A DNA stretch of 64,000 bases from Octopus vulgaris. Its lineage: Eukaryota. Position 1 is the stretch's first letter, and every line of letters begins with the position of its first letter. The stretch covers positions 77,562,001-77,626,000 of the forward strand of contig OX597828.1 of NCBI GenBank assembly GCA_951406725.2, read 5' to 3'. Shown in pieces: positions 1 through 11,915 of this stretch. The notes under the pieces were generated by a model. That model did no database searches and was not told the origin of the DNA. It saw only the letters and a list, made by a program, of their open reading frames with translations. The translations under genes were made by a program, and so were the position numbers.

Positions 1-317
1 TCCAAATAGGGCCTACTGTCTTGATTCCGTGTTCTCCATATACTGTAAGAGTTTGCGGTGTGTCTCTCTTGAGATGGCCTACCTAATGCATAGTAATAAG
101 CGTATATTACTTCTTTATACTCTTCTCGGGTCCATTTGTTCCGCTTACATTTTTCTTTCTGTGGTGGTTGTGGTGGTGAACTTGGAGGGCTCGAGTTGGG
201 GGATTTCCCGTTCAAGTGACCATCCATGTCCGTATTCGGAGAAGAGTTTGTGCCAGTTGATGACTTTTCGATCCCAGGCTGGCTCTTCCCTGGGGGACGC
301 GCTTCCAGATTAACCAT
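1..317 (-). mobile_element. 5' end / N-terminal coding region of an R4/Dong-type non-LTR retrotransposon, open off the left edge of the window
   Basis: My minus-strand translation from the ATG at 317 is stop-free to base 1: MVNLEARPPGKSQPG...PQKEKCKRNKWTREEYKEVIYAYYYALGRPSQERHTANSYSIWRTRNQDSRPYL. The R-x-KWT-x-EE...V-x-x-x-YY pattern resembles the N-terminal (Myb-like) region of R4/Dong ORFs. It is absent from the ORF track because no stop lies inside the window. Confidence 0.7.
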
Positions 318-624
318 AGGACAAGCGATTTGGTATACTGATTTAGTTTTCCTTTTAGTTTCCAAAAACATTAATGTTATCATTACGATAATGTTATCAT
401 TTTTTAGCTTTGATTGGCTCGTGGGGAGACGGCCATCATTGCCGTTACAATTATAATCGTACCATTATAGCAGCCGTAGTCGGCTTATTATTGTTATTAT
501 CTTCACCATTACCATCACTATCATCATCATCATCATCACCATCACCATCACCACCATCATCATCAATGATATTGTCTTATGTGTAGTCACAGCAGTATCT
601 TATTATTGTTATTTTTGTTTTTTT

Positions 625-662
625 ATCATTATTATTATTATTATTATCATTATTATTATTTA

Positions 663-728
<66 letters not shown>

Positions 729-979
729 CATTATTATTATTATTATCATTATTATCATTATTATTATCATTATTATTATTATCATTATTATTATTATTAT
801 TATTATTATCATTATTATTATTATTATTATTAATATTATCATTATTATTATTATTATTATTATCATTATTATCATTATTATTATCATTATTATTATCATC
901 ATTATTATTATTATTATCATTATTATTATCATTATTATTATTATCATTATTATTATCATTATTATTATTATTATTATTA

Positions 980-1034
<55 letters not shown>

Positions 1035-1081
1035 CATTATTATTATTATTATTATTATTATCATTATTATCATTATTATTA

Positions 1082-1127
<46 letters not shown>

Positions 1128-1168
1128 CATTATTATTATCATTATTATTATCATTATTATTATTATTA

Positions 1169-1199
<31 letters not shown>

Positions 1200-1342
1200 C
1201 ATTATTATTATTATTATTATTATTATCATTATTATCATTATTATTATCATTATTATTATCATCATTATTATTATTATTATTATCATTATTATTATCATTA
1301 TTATTATTATCATTATTATTATCATTATTATCATTATTATTA

Positions 1343-1403
<61 letters not shown>

Positions 1404-1429
1404 AATTATCATTATTATCATTATTATTA

Positions 1430-1466
<37 letters not shown>

Positions 1467-1477
1467 CATTTTTATTA

Positions 1478-1542
<65 letters not shown>
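625..1542. repeat. ~0.9-kb (ATT)n microsatellite interspersed with ATC
   Basis: Seen directly; it produces the spurious poly-I and poly-Y ORFs at 579-1481. Confidence 0.98.
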
Positions 1543-1862
1543 TAAAACGTCGCACAGTATCCAATATCCTGATGTTGATTGAGAATATTGTGTCTCCGGG
1601 GTTTTATACTGTCTCTCAAGTCACAACAAAGACCTCAGGCAGACAATACTTTATGCAATATGCTTGCAGTTCCAAGTAATGCCGATTTTTGCAATACACC
1701 AAGATCGTAGGGTATTTCTAATGTTTCCGGATGTTTTTCAGGTTGGGTGGTATTCAACCCAATGCTCCGATGACAATAGGGACAAACTGTGTTTGACTGT
1801 CGTAGCTCCTACATCTTAGCGATTTCAATTCTCAAGTCTCCATATTCATCAATCTATTCTCT
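1543..1862 (-). mobile_element. R4/Dong-type LINE, 3' fragment (end of the REL endonuclease plus 3' UTR), tail running into (TAA)n
   Basis: The minus strand reads, with frameshifts, YGDLRIEIAKM...VPIVIGALG...LQKSALLGTASILHKVLSA*. This is the typical C-terminus of R4-clade restriction-like endonucleases. Confidence 0.8.
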
Positions 1863-2690
1863 TTATTATTATTATTTCTTTTTATCACAGGTTTTGTTGG
1901 AGCACCTGGAGTCTTGCATGCGTAACAGGCTTTCTACCTGCAACCTACGGTACCATGCTTTTCAGCTATCTAATACTTTCCTGATTTTTCTGGCTGTGCT
2001 AAAAAGGCAAACCTTTTGTAACAGTTCTACTGGGCACTCTATTCCAATTTCCTGTGGGTAGCAGGTTACTTCCAGTAACTTTGAGTAGCCACAAGTTTTC
2101 AATCGTCTTAGAACCCTCCTGGTAATCCTTGCTCTCCCGAAGATCTCTACCGAGCATTCTATTCCAATCTCCTTCAACCATTTCTCTATATATTGGCTTA
2201 CTGTTCCCAACGCATCAAATTCTTCTTATTTCAAACTTTAAGGGATTGTACCTTTTCTTCCTCTTTCTTTTCAATCCTGCAACCAAATGTACATGATGTG
2301 TCTATCAGTAAGCAACTTCCCTTTTCCTTATCTACAATCTTTATCTCTGGTCTATTATTTTCAAATTTCTTGTCTGAATTGGAAAGTCCCACAAAATCTT
2401 GCATTTTTCTGACTCCAATACTCTTCAACTCGATGATTGTACCATGTGTTTTCAGCTTCAAATCTCCATTTCTGGCAGTTTCCAGTGTAGAAATTCTACA
2501 GTCTGGTCGTGCCTTCATTTCTTATTTTCTTCCTGTGCCAACTTCGGGCATTCTTCCACAATGTGTGCCACTGTCTCGTTCCAAGTTCCACAGGCTCTAC
2601 ATTTTTTCCTGGCACATTCTCTCCATATATTTTTTAAGGTGTTTGTTTCATCGCTTGATTTTGGGCTGCTACAATTAGCTTCTGTGTTTC
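1863..2690 (-). mobile_element. Degraded R4/Dong-type LINE 3' portion (zinc knuckle + REL), related to the copy at 27331-28470
   Basis: ORF pieces: CRACGTWNETVAHIVEECPKLAQ (CCHC knuckle), NNRPEIKIVDKEKGSCLLIDTSCTF (PD..D), and EIGIECPVELLQKVCLFSTARKIRKVLDS*, which is nearly identical to the C-terminus of ORF 28092-28355. Confidence 0.85.
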
Positions 2691-2744
2691 TTTTATTATT
2701 ATTGTTATTGTTGTTGTTGTTGTTGTTGTTATTGTTGTTGTTGT

Positions 2745-3603
2745 TATATCTTTTACTTCTATTTTGTATTTGTACAAGTTGACTCCGAGTCTCACCCAGA
2801 GACCTCAAGAGACAACAAGCTAGAAGTTCAAGTTGATATTATGCCTAGAGTGTCATATATTTGCACAAAGTATTGTCCTAGAGAATGTTTTTAAGAAAAC
2901 ATAAGAAAATTATAAGTTTGTTTTAAAATTTGAGATTACATAGACAGTATTTTGCATAGGATATGGGCAGTTCCTATGAGCACTATCTTTTGTATTTCTA
3001 CCATTCTGGAGTTTCTTGGTATCTGAGCTAGGTAGAAATCAGCCCCTTTTGCTATCATTCCTAGGGCACCTTTGTCAACAGGTATTGCTTTAGTCTTGAG
3101 GTTCCACATTTTGCCAATTTCTACTTCCAGATCTTTATACTTGCTCAGTTTTGGGAAGGTCTTGACAGAAACATTTATGTCGACTGGGACAGTCATATCA
3201 ATGAGGCGGCATGTTTTTTGTCTGAAGTCCTTCGATATAATCTTTCAGTCTGAACGGTGAAGTTCCAGAGGAATGAGATGTGATCATTTTCAAGCACTAG
3301 ATGTGCTTTGTGTTTCCACCAGTTTTCATCATGGGGCAGGTCCAAGTTCTTGCAAATTACCCAGTGAATATATTGCCCTGCTGTATTGCTGTATCATGCC
3401 TGTTGAGATACCCTGTAGGCACAAGAAGACTGCACATGGAGACAACATGATCAACGGTTTTACTTTGCTGTTGAAACCCACAACATTGTTGGGCAACTGC
3501 CGTTCTTTAATATGTTGCCAAGGTAGCTGCTTGTAAGGAGGCATTGATCTTGGGCTGCTATGATAAGACCTTCTGTTTCTGTTTTCCAGGCTACCATTGG
3601 TCA
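2745..3603 (-). mobile_element. R4/Dong-type LINE 3' fragment (same family as 29248-30376)
   Basis: ORF 2936-3196 reads MTVPVDINVSVKTFPKLSKYKDLEVEIGKMWNLKTKAIPV...GTAHILCKILSM. The 3' UTR also matches 30185-30376 in reverse complement. Confidence 0.9.
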
Positions 3604-3734
3604 AAATTTTTGAGATAAAAGAGATTGTCTCTTCGTGCCCAGTCGTAGAAGCTAGCCAGTAGGGACCTCGTTTTATATGTGTGTCTTGTGGACAACAAAT
3701 GAAACATTATTAAAAAGTATACGTTATCACTACA

Positions 3735-3768
<34 letters not shown>

Positions 3769-3978
3769 TTGCTTCTTCTGCTGCTACTGCTACTACTACT
3801 ATTACTATTACTGCTACCACTACTAGTAAGATAATAATGATGATGATGATGATGATGATAATAATAACATTGAGGATGTTGACTTATGGTAATAGTTGTG
3901 GTAGTGGTGATGATAACGATGATGATGATATTAACAAAATCACTATCGCCACAATTACAGCCATCATTCCACTACTGC

Positions 3979-4052
<74 letters not shown>

Positions 4053-4525
4053 TCATCATCATCCCCACCCCCACCCCGACGATTACCATCAGTGAACATC
4101 ATTGTCATCATTATCATACTCATCATCTTCATTATCTTCAGAATTGCAGTCATCATCATCATCATCAACACCACTACTATCTCCCCATCATCATCGTCGT
4201 CATCGTCATATTCATCATCTTTATTACTCTCTCTCTCTCTCTCTCTCTCTCCCTCCCTCCCTTCTCTCGCCGTTCTCTATTACCGCAAATGCTCTGCTCC
4301 GTAATATAATTCATTATTGAGCTGTCAAACTTGAATGACGTCTGAAGCACGAGTTATTATAACTTTGCTCGTTGCCAATTGAATGGCGACGTAGAGAGAC
4401 AAACATACATATATATACATACACACAAATAAACACACACACATATATAAACACACACACATATATATATATATATATACACTATATATACATGTATACA
4501 TATGCATACATATATACATATATAC

Positions 4526-4557
<32 letters not shown>

Positions 4558-4633
4558 TTATGCAAATACATATACATCCATACATTCATATGCATACACA
4601 CACATTCACATATATATAAAATATATATATTCA

Positions 4634-4719
<86 letters not shown>

Positions 4720-5172
4720 ATTGTTGTATGTTCCCGGCGTTTGGAAATCGGAGAGAATCACGATTTTAAAGCGAAGTCCTCAACACTGAGTAGATTTATC
4801 ATTAAAATAATGATTCTTACGAGATTAGTTTATCGTGTATGTGTGTGTGTGTGTGTTTGTCTGTTTGGATGAGTGTGTATATGTGTGTGTATGCGTTTGT
4901 TTGTGTGTGTGTGTGTGTGTGCGTTTGTTTGCTTTTGTGCGGATGCGTGTGTGTGTGTTTGTGTGTGTTTGTGTGTATGTAAATATATAGGGAGAATAAG
5001 CGAGAGGGAGAAAGAAAAAAGGAAGGAAGGAAGGAAAGAAAGGAAGAAAGAAGGGAAGAAAGAAAGAAAGAATGAATGAAAGAAAGAAGGAAATAACCTG
5101 AATATTTTATCTCTTTTTTGTGATATGTGTATGTGTGTGTGTGCATGTGTGTGTGTGCATGTGTGTGTGCAT

Positions 5173-5379
<207 letters not shown>

Positions 5380-5404
5380 GGTATATACAACTATATGTGT
5401 GTAT

Positions 5405-5515
5405 CTTTTTGTTTTTGTGTTTGTCCGCTAGCATCGCTTCACTAGTATTGGTTTGTTTCCGTCCATGACCATTAGCGGTTCGGTAAAAAGTGTCCGATAG
5501 AATAAGTACTAGGGT
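5405..5515 (+). mobile_element. SINE family B, internal/3' fragment
   Basis: ttagcggttcggtaaaaag...cgatagaataagtactagg matches the 3' half of the near-complete copy at 40565-40962. Confidence 0.7.
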
Positions 5516-5659
5516 TTAAAGAAAAGAAAAAGGAAGAAAAGTAAGGAAGGAAGAAAGAAAGAAAGAAAGAAAGAAAGGAAGAAGGGAATAACCTGAATAT
5601 TTCATCTCTTTTTTGTGATGTGTATGTGTGTGTGTGCGTGCGTGCGTGTGTGTGTGTGT

Positions 5660-5822
5660 GTATCTTTGCGTGTGTATTTGTCCACCACCACCGCTTGACA
5701 ACTGATATTTGTTTGTTTATGTCCCCGTAACTTAGTAATTCGGTAAAAGAAACCGATAGAACCAGGATAACAAAAAAGTGGGACTGATGTTGATTTGTTC
5801 GACTAAAAATTTTTCAAGGCGG
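5660..5822 (+). mobile_element. SINE family B, 3' part, fused to a family A SINE
   Basis: tttgtccaccaccaccgcttgacaac...gtccccgtaacttag...gatttgttcgactaaa...aaggcgg matches 40765-40910. Confidence 0.75.
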
Positions 5823-6006
5823 CAAGATGGCAGAATCGTTAGGACGCCAGGCAAAATGCTTAGCGACATTTCATTCTTAACGTTCAGAGTTCTAATTACC
5901 GCCGAGGTCGACTTTGCTTTTCGTCCTTTCGGGGTCGATAAAAACTTACCTGTTGAGTACTGGGGTCGGTCTAATCGATTTACTTCCCCCTCTCTTGAAC
6001 TTGCCA
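5818..6006 (+). mobile_element. tRNA-derived SINE, family A
   Basis: A-box-like TGGCAGAATCG, degenerate B-box, and the conserved core gaggtcgactttgcttttcgtcctttcggggtcgataaa. Confidence 0.85.
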
Positions 6007-6014
6007 GACTTTCC

Positions 6015-6157
6015 TTCTCCAAAATTCACTCACAAGGTGTTGGTCGACCCGTGGTCATAACAGAAAACACTAGCTCAAGGTGCCACACAGTGGGACTGAA
6101 CCCGAAGCAAAAACGCCAGCAAAAGGATCGTCTTAACACACAGCCATGTCTGCACCT
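6015..6157 (-). mobile_element. SINE family B, 5' part
   Basis: caaggtgccacacagtgggactgaaccc is the reverse complement of the family B head (gggttcagtcccactg.gtggcaccttg). Confidence 0.75.
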
Positions 6158-6330
6158 ATTCTTGTTTTGCGTATAAAACTTTTAATTTAGCGCCATTCTA
6201 CAAAAGAGTCATCGCCGCCCCCCCCCCCCCCGAGAAAGTCCAACACTGTGTCAAGACCGACACACAGAACAAATTTATAACCAATCAGAACTCTTCAATA
6301 TTGATGACGTATTACTAGTCTGGTTATAAA

Positions 6331-6546
6331 GACAGCGAGCTGGCAGAATCGTTAGCACACCGGGCGAGATGCTTAGCAGCATTTCATCTGTCTTTGTGTT
6401 CTGAGTTCAAATTCCGCCGAGGTCGACTTTGCCTTTCATCCTTTCAGGATCGATAAATTAAGTACCAGTTGTGTACTGGGATCCATGTAATTGACTGGCC
6501 CCCTCCCAAAAAATTCCCGGCCTTGTGCCTAGAGTAGAAACGATTA
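6331..6546 (+). mobile_element. tRNA-derived SINE, family A, near full length
   Basis: GAGCTGGCAGAATCGTTAG (A box), GAGTTCAAATTCC (B box), core ctttgcctttcatcctttcaggatcgataaattaagtaccag, and 3' end ccttgtgcctagagtagaaacgatta. Confidence 0.92.
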
Positions 6547-7317
6547 CTAGCCTAGTTATTGTATAAACTTAATTTTCCGAAGAAATTTATTTTAGAATTT
6601 TTTTCCGTTCTCGAAATTTTTTTCTGAAATTCTTTCTTCTTGCAGTTCCATTCTTATTTTTTATTTGTTCGTATTTTTGCTCAACTAAGAAAATGAAATT
6701 CTGCCGCGTAAAAACTCTTATGAAATGTTTTTAATAAACAATATTTATTTTGTGAATAATTTCTACCATGAACATATTTGAGTTATTACGCTTGTCCGTT
6801 CTCAGATAGCTTCTTTCCAGAATCACCGTTCATTGCTACACATGGTGAACAAGTTATCATGTCGACTAACAACTGTCGACTTGCCTTTAATTCTATTCTT
6901 CTAAATACAAAATATCTCTACATGGAATTATATTGCTGCAATGGATGTTGTTTAACTTTATCTGCTACATTCTTCACTGATTTCTTTTTTTGCTTTTGCT
7001 TTTGTTTTTACTTTGGACATTTTCTCTGAATTCCACGTAATCCAGTTATGTTATTAGAAGAATTAAATAATTTTTAGAGCAGAGGTACTTCTTATCTTCT
7101 TTTCTTCTTATTCTATCTCTTCAGTTTTTTTTTCCCCTTAATGGTAAAATTAGTATCACTTGATATCACAGACTGCATAAACGTCATGCGAAAAATTCTT
7201 GAAACCTCGAAGATACAGCAAATTTTTGGCAGTACATTCACTGCCTCTTTAATTTTCTTCTTTGACACGGAACAACAGGATTTTCCTGTAACATGTCTCC
7301 TGCATATAAAGGTTCCA

Positions 7318-7524
7318 ATTTTTAGCACGAGGTCAACAGTTCCGAAGGAGCGGGTAAGTCGATTTTCACCGACCCAGTGTTCAACTGATACTCATTTTAT
7401 CGACCCCCGAAAGAATGAAAAGAAGAGTCGACCTCGGTGGAATTTGAACTCAAGAACTTAAAGACAGGCGAAATGCCGCTAAGTGTTTTGCCAGGCGTGC
7501 TAATGGTTCTGCCAGGTCGCTGTC
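7318..7524 (-). mobile_element. tRNA-derived SINE, family A
   Basis: Reverse complement of the family A head and core (gtcgacctcggtggaatttgaactc...ttctgccaggtcgc). Confidence 0.85.
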
Positions 7525-7599
7525 TTCTCCTTCGACATAGAACACAGCTGTTCCGTTTGAAGGAAAATTGATATGAACACAGGCGCTTACAGTAAGCTC

Positions 7600-8560
7600 G
7601 ATTACATTAAATTCACGCAGCTTCTCCGATGGCCATATTTTCAAATCAAAAAACAAAAAATTCTTCACGCCGGTGTTCCTACATCTCGATGGATTCTCGG
7701 CCTGTCAGAGGGAAATGGTGATACCATTATACATTCGATGCCAACGCTCGTCAGCCTTATTCCCTTCAACAATTTTCTTCTTCTTAATAGGGAAACCACC
7801 CAAATAGCAATTAGAAATGACAGAGTTACCTGGATTCTACACTTCGAACCAATCACTTCTTTCATATTTACGACAAAGCAACTTAAACTCGTATACGGTT
7901 ACTGAAGTTAGCATTTTACAGTATCCGCAACACATTTTCGTGGCAACAAGCCCACTGAGATAGTTCTTCAAACAATGAATCATTCTTCCATTGCCATCTG
8001 TGATGAAAAATCTATGACACTAGATCGCGGTATTCATAGAATTTTTCAATGGACTCACCTGACTTGCCAACAACAATTCCCAGACCAGATATTCGTCGTC
8101 ATTTTCTTATGCACATCAAACCTCCTCATCTTATTGATTCTGCCACCAATCTTACCTTAAACGATATTAACTTTCTGATAACATCTGCCTTGTCTTGGTG
8201 ACATCTTCAGGTCGGTTTGAGACTCTTTCGTAAATAAGAATTTACTCGTTCCCTGTTCAGCAGAAACGGAACAACGTGCACCGTTACTCTTGGCACTGAG
8301 ACATGCCGACCACTTGTGTCTGCTAAAACAAGAAATCTCATTCCTGATCGTCGCCAAGCAAGAAGTCAACAACAAACTGGAATACGGAATTATTGACCCC
8401 TCCACACTGGTGAAACACCTGGCCCTAATATTTCCAATAGACTAGGCTTTGCTAAATCTCCTTAACGACCATGTGGTGATGTTAAACCGGATAACGGATT
8501 AAACGACACAGATCGTCATTACATCCGCCTTTGTGACATTTGCATCATAATAAATCAGAA
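7600..8560 (+). pseudogene. Decayed Ty3/Gypsy LTR-retrotransposon gag C-terminus / protease / RT N-terminus
   Basis: Plus-strand pieces occur in the expected order. KW*YHYTFDANAR...GN at ~7713-7797 resembles the gag CWYH..FG..AR.C motif. YTVTEVSIL at ~7892 is a degenerate DTGAEVSI protease site, followed by VLQTMNHSSIAICDEKSMTLDRGIHRIFQW (ORF 7975). Then come AKQEVNNKLEYGIIDPS (8353-8403; cf. AKQEFDHMLELGIIRPS) and RPCGD (8466-8480). There are many stops and frameshifts, and I saw no LTRs. Confidence 0.75.
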
Positions 8561-9034
8561 TATTATATAAAAAAAATATTTCTTATCAGTGAAATATATC
8601 AACCGTTCTGGACTTTGACCTATTTTACAAAGTACTACGCTATCAAATCGATATTTCCAAAGCCTTTGATTAACGCCTTCGATAGAATTGTGAGACGTCT
8701 ATGAAAAATGGTATTAAGTGAAACCTCAACCGAACGCTATACAAAACAAAATGTATTTTCTTTCCGTGGTTCTTATTGTTGTTTGTTTTGTTGTTGCTTT
8801 TTGTTGTTATTACCGTCGTTTTTAGCAGAGATTCGATAGAATTTTATGCTACACACACACTCACACACATACACATATGCATACACACACACACACAGAT
8901 GTACCAGCATATACACACATACACACATACATACACACATGCTAGACACGATCTCATACCAAACTGAGATGTGCTCCAGGCTATGATGTGCTCAATGATG
9001 TACTAGGAAGCTACATACGCAGCACCGTCAATAT

Positions 9035-9089
<55 letters not shown>

Positions 9090-9105
9090 TTTAGGATTTC
9101 ACGTA

Positions 9106-9657
9106 GGCGGCAATCTGGCAGAATCGTTAGCATGCCGGACAAAATGCTTGGTGGCATTTCGTCCGTCTTCTTGTTATGAGTTCAAATGCCGTAAAGGTCA
9201 ACTTTGCTTTCATCCTTTGGGACCAATTGACCAATGGGGACGATGAAATTGATTTTCCTGCCACCCTGAAATTGATGGTCAATTACCAAACTTTAGGATT
9301 TTTTCTGGCTCATTATATCTTGAGTTCAAATCCCATCGAGGTTAACATTGCCTTTCAGCCTCTCAGGGTCCAATAAACTACAGTACCCATGAAGTACTGG
9401 GGTCTGTAGTATCGCCTAACCCCTTCTCCAAACTGGTCGCTTGCGGCCTCAATCAGAAACCATTATTTATGATTAGCAAGGCGGCGAGCTGACAGAATCG
9501 TTAGCACTCTGGACGAAATGCTTAGCTACGTTCTGAGTTCAAATTCCTCCGAGGTCGACTTTACTTTTCTTCCTTTCGTGGTCGATAAAATAAGTACCAG
9601 TGAAAGACCCCCTTTCCCCAAAAATTTCAGGCCTTGTGCCTATAGTAGAAAGGATTG
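9106..9657 (+). mobile_element. Cluster of three family A SINE copies/fragments (~9106-9290, ~9315-9465, ~9480-9657)
   Basis: The tggcagaatcgttagc / gagttcaaat / ttcatcctt / aagtacc motifs recur in each piece. Confidence 0.8.
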
Positions 9658-9676
9658 TTGTAAAAAAATGATAGAC

Positions 9677-9812
9677 AAGGCGCGTGGGTTAATGGTTAGG
9701 GTTAATGGTTAGGGTACCCAGTTGACGATTATAAGGTCGTTAATTTCACGAGCTGGCTATCTCGTTGAGCGGATCAACTGGAACCCTCATCATCGTAACC
9801 AGCATAGTACCA
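9677..9812 (+). mobile_element. SINE family C, internally deleted copy
   Basis: Head aaggcgcgtgg..tggttaggg and 3' end ggatcaactggaaccctcatcatcgtaacc are shared with 9836-10136 and 23959-24256. Confidence 0.65.
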
Positions 9813-9835
9813 GAGAGAGAATCTATAATTTGTGT

Positions 9836-10136
9836 GAAGGCACGTGGCTTAGTGGTTAGGGTATTCGGCTCATGACCGTAAGGTCATGAGTTCGATTCCC
9901 GGCGGGGCATTGTGTCCTTCAGCAAGGCACTTTATTTATCGCTGATCTAGTCCATTCAGCTGGCAAAAATGAGTTGTACCTGTAATTCAAAGGAACGACC
10001 TTGTCACAGTGATAACTACGTTAAGGGCATAGGTGTCTGTGGAGTACTCAGCCACTTGCACGTTAATTTTACGATGAAGCTGTTCCGTTGATCGTATAAA
10101 CTGTAACACTCGTCCTCGTAACCGACGAAGAACCAG
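9836..10136 (+). mobile_element. tRNA-derived SINE, family C
   Basis: A box TGGCTTAGTGG, B box GAGTTCGATTCCC, then gtgtccttcagcaaggcacttt; a second copy lies at 23959-24256. Confidence 0.85.
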
Positions 10137-10304
10137 GATTTATTAACCTGTAGACTGTAGCTTATTATACAACATCTATTAACTGAGCTGCAAACTGCGA
10201 TATATATATATCAGATTATACAATAAACAAAAATACGTTGAGGGATTTTATATTCCCCCAAAATCTCATAGACATCGAAACATGTTTCAGTCACTGACTG
10301 ATAT

Positions 10305-10520
10305 ACGCTGTAGTTGTTGCTTAATCCCAGGTCGACTCTGACCTACAATCAAACCATGACCATCCCGTCTTTTTTCAGACCCCTGTAACCCCGTTTCAGC
10401 CCTCTTGTAACCCAAATTTATATTATCTCCTGTACCTTGTTTTAAGACAGCAAGATGTGGCTCCAGTGAGATTTGACTGCTATTTCTAAGAAAAGAGTGA
10501 CCACCTAGAGGGTGTCTCAT
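10305..10520 (+). repeat. Unclassified interspersed repeat (family E)
   Basis: gttgttgcttaatcccaggtc...catgaccatccc...gagatttgactgctatttcta...gagtgacc recurs at ~35840-36015, with fragments at ~31680-31735 and ~35500-35535 (-). Confidence 0.6.
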
Positions 10521-10597
10521 CGCTACATGTGAATTCTTTCTGTGTGTAAGTATTTTAATTGGTTTTTATATTAAAGTGTTTCATTTAGAGTGTAACT

Positions 10598-10759
10598 CAG
10601 TCAAAGGCAAAATGCGGGCCGCGGGACTTTCTGAATGACAAGAGTGCTAAAAAAAAATACATTGAATATATTTTAAGTAGTGCGGCCCGCCTGATGATGA
10701 GCTATGCCTCCTGCGGCTCGCTTCTCAAAAAAACAAAAACAAAAGACTTGTCTATGCTG
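10598..10759. mobile_element. Non-autonomous hAT (Charlie-like) DNA transposon / MITE
   Basis: Ends are CAGTCAAAGGCAA ... TTGTCTATGCTG (degenerate TIR, CAG...CTG), with internal GCGGCCCGC-type subterminal motifs. It is flanked by an 8-bp direct repeat, GTGTAACT (10590-10597) and GTGTAACC (10760-10767). Confidence 0.75.
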
Positions 10760-11382
10760 GTGTAACCCGTCTTTACATAATGTTTTGGGCTGAACACGCA
10801 GCACAGCACAACTGGCAAGCAGCAATCAAACGCGAAACCGTTGGCCATTTCAGTTGATTGTACGATTAGAGTCAGTTGAGTCAGCCATCTTAGAACAGAG
10901 CTTTAGACAGAAAGATGTAAATCGAGGCGTTGCAATAATTTCACCTTTGATCTACTTCATGCACTGATTTATCATAGCTATAAATATACACACACATATA
11001 CACACGTACATATACACATACATGCATACATACACATATATATATATATATGCATATATATATGCATATGTACATATACATGTACATATACATGTATGTG
11101 CGTATATATATATATGTATGTGTGTATATAAAAGCTATCTGTTATTAAGTTATATCAAATATATATCATCAGTTCTCACCTTTGACCTATATCTTCCCAT
11201 TTATTATCGCTTTGAAAAAAGACACCAAAGACCATCATATATTTTCCTCGTAAAATATATTTGATCTGCGCGTGTGTATATATGCATATGTGTGTGAGAG
11301 TGTGTCTGTGTATGTGTTTGTGCGTATGTGTGTTTGTGTGCGCATGTATGTACGTATGTATGTACGTACGTATGTATGCATG

Positions 11383-11416
<34 letters not shown>

Positions 11417-11878
11417 TGCATAGACGAGTATATGAACACACACTCATATATATAATATACATATTTTTGCGTATATGCTTGGAGTATGGTGTATATGTAT
11501 GTAGATATATGTGTAAATGTGTATACATACACATACGTACATGTGAATATGTATATACGGGCATATATGTGTGTGCGCGTGAGTATGTGTGAGGGTGTGT
11601 GTTTATATACAAGAGCATGTGCGTATGCGTGCATATATATATATATATACATACATATATGTACATGCACATATATACGCATACTTCTATGTGTAAACGC
11701 GTTTATATATGTACATGTATGTGTATACGAATTTATATACACATCATAGATACGAGTATGTGTATGTACATGTATGTGTATATGTGTATCTGTACATATA
11801 CACACATATATTGGTGTATATGCGCATATACACGTATCTATGTTTGTATGTTTAATACTTACGCTCATGTATGTCAGC

Positions 11879-11915
<37 letters not shown>

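Noticed and set aside
579-1481. Long poly-Ile / poly-Tyr ORFs, and the many YI-, HT-, CV- and YLSI-repeat ORFs across the window
   Set aside because: They are translations of (ATT)n, (TA)n, (CA)n and (GATA)n microsatellites that lack stops in some frames. They show no domain or splice evidence.
9686-9715. TTAGGG-containing repeat resembling telomeric sequence
   Set aside because: There are only two TTAGGG units, explained by a small duplication of the SINE C head (tggttagggt).
9836-9905. Possible tRNA gene (A and B boxes)
   Set aside because: It continues into a SINE body shared with other copies, and I see no proper acceptor stem or terminator. It is a SINE head.
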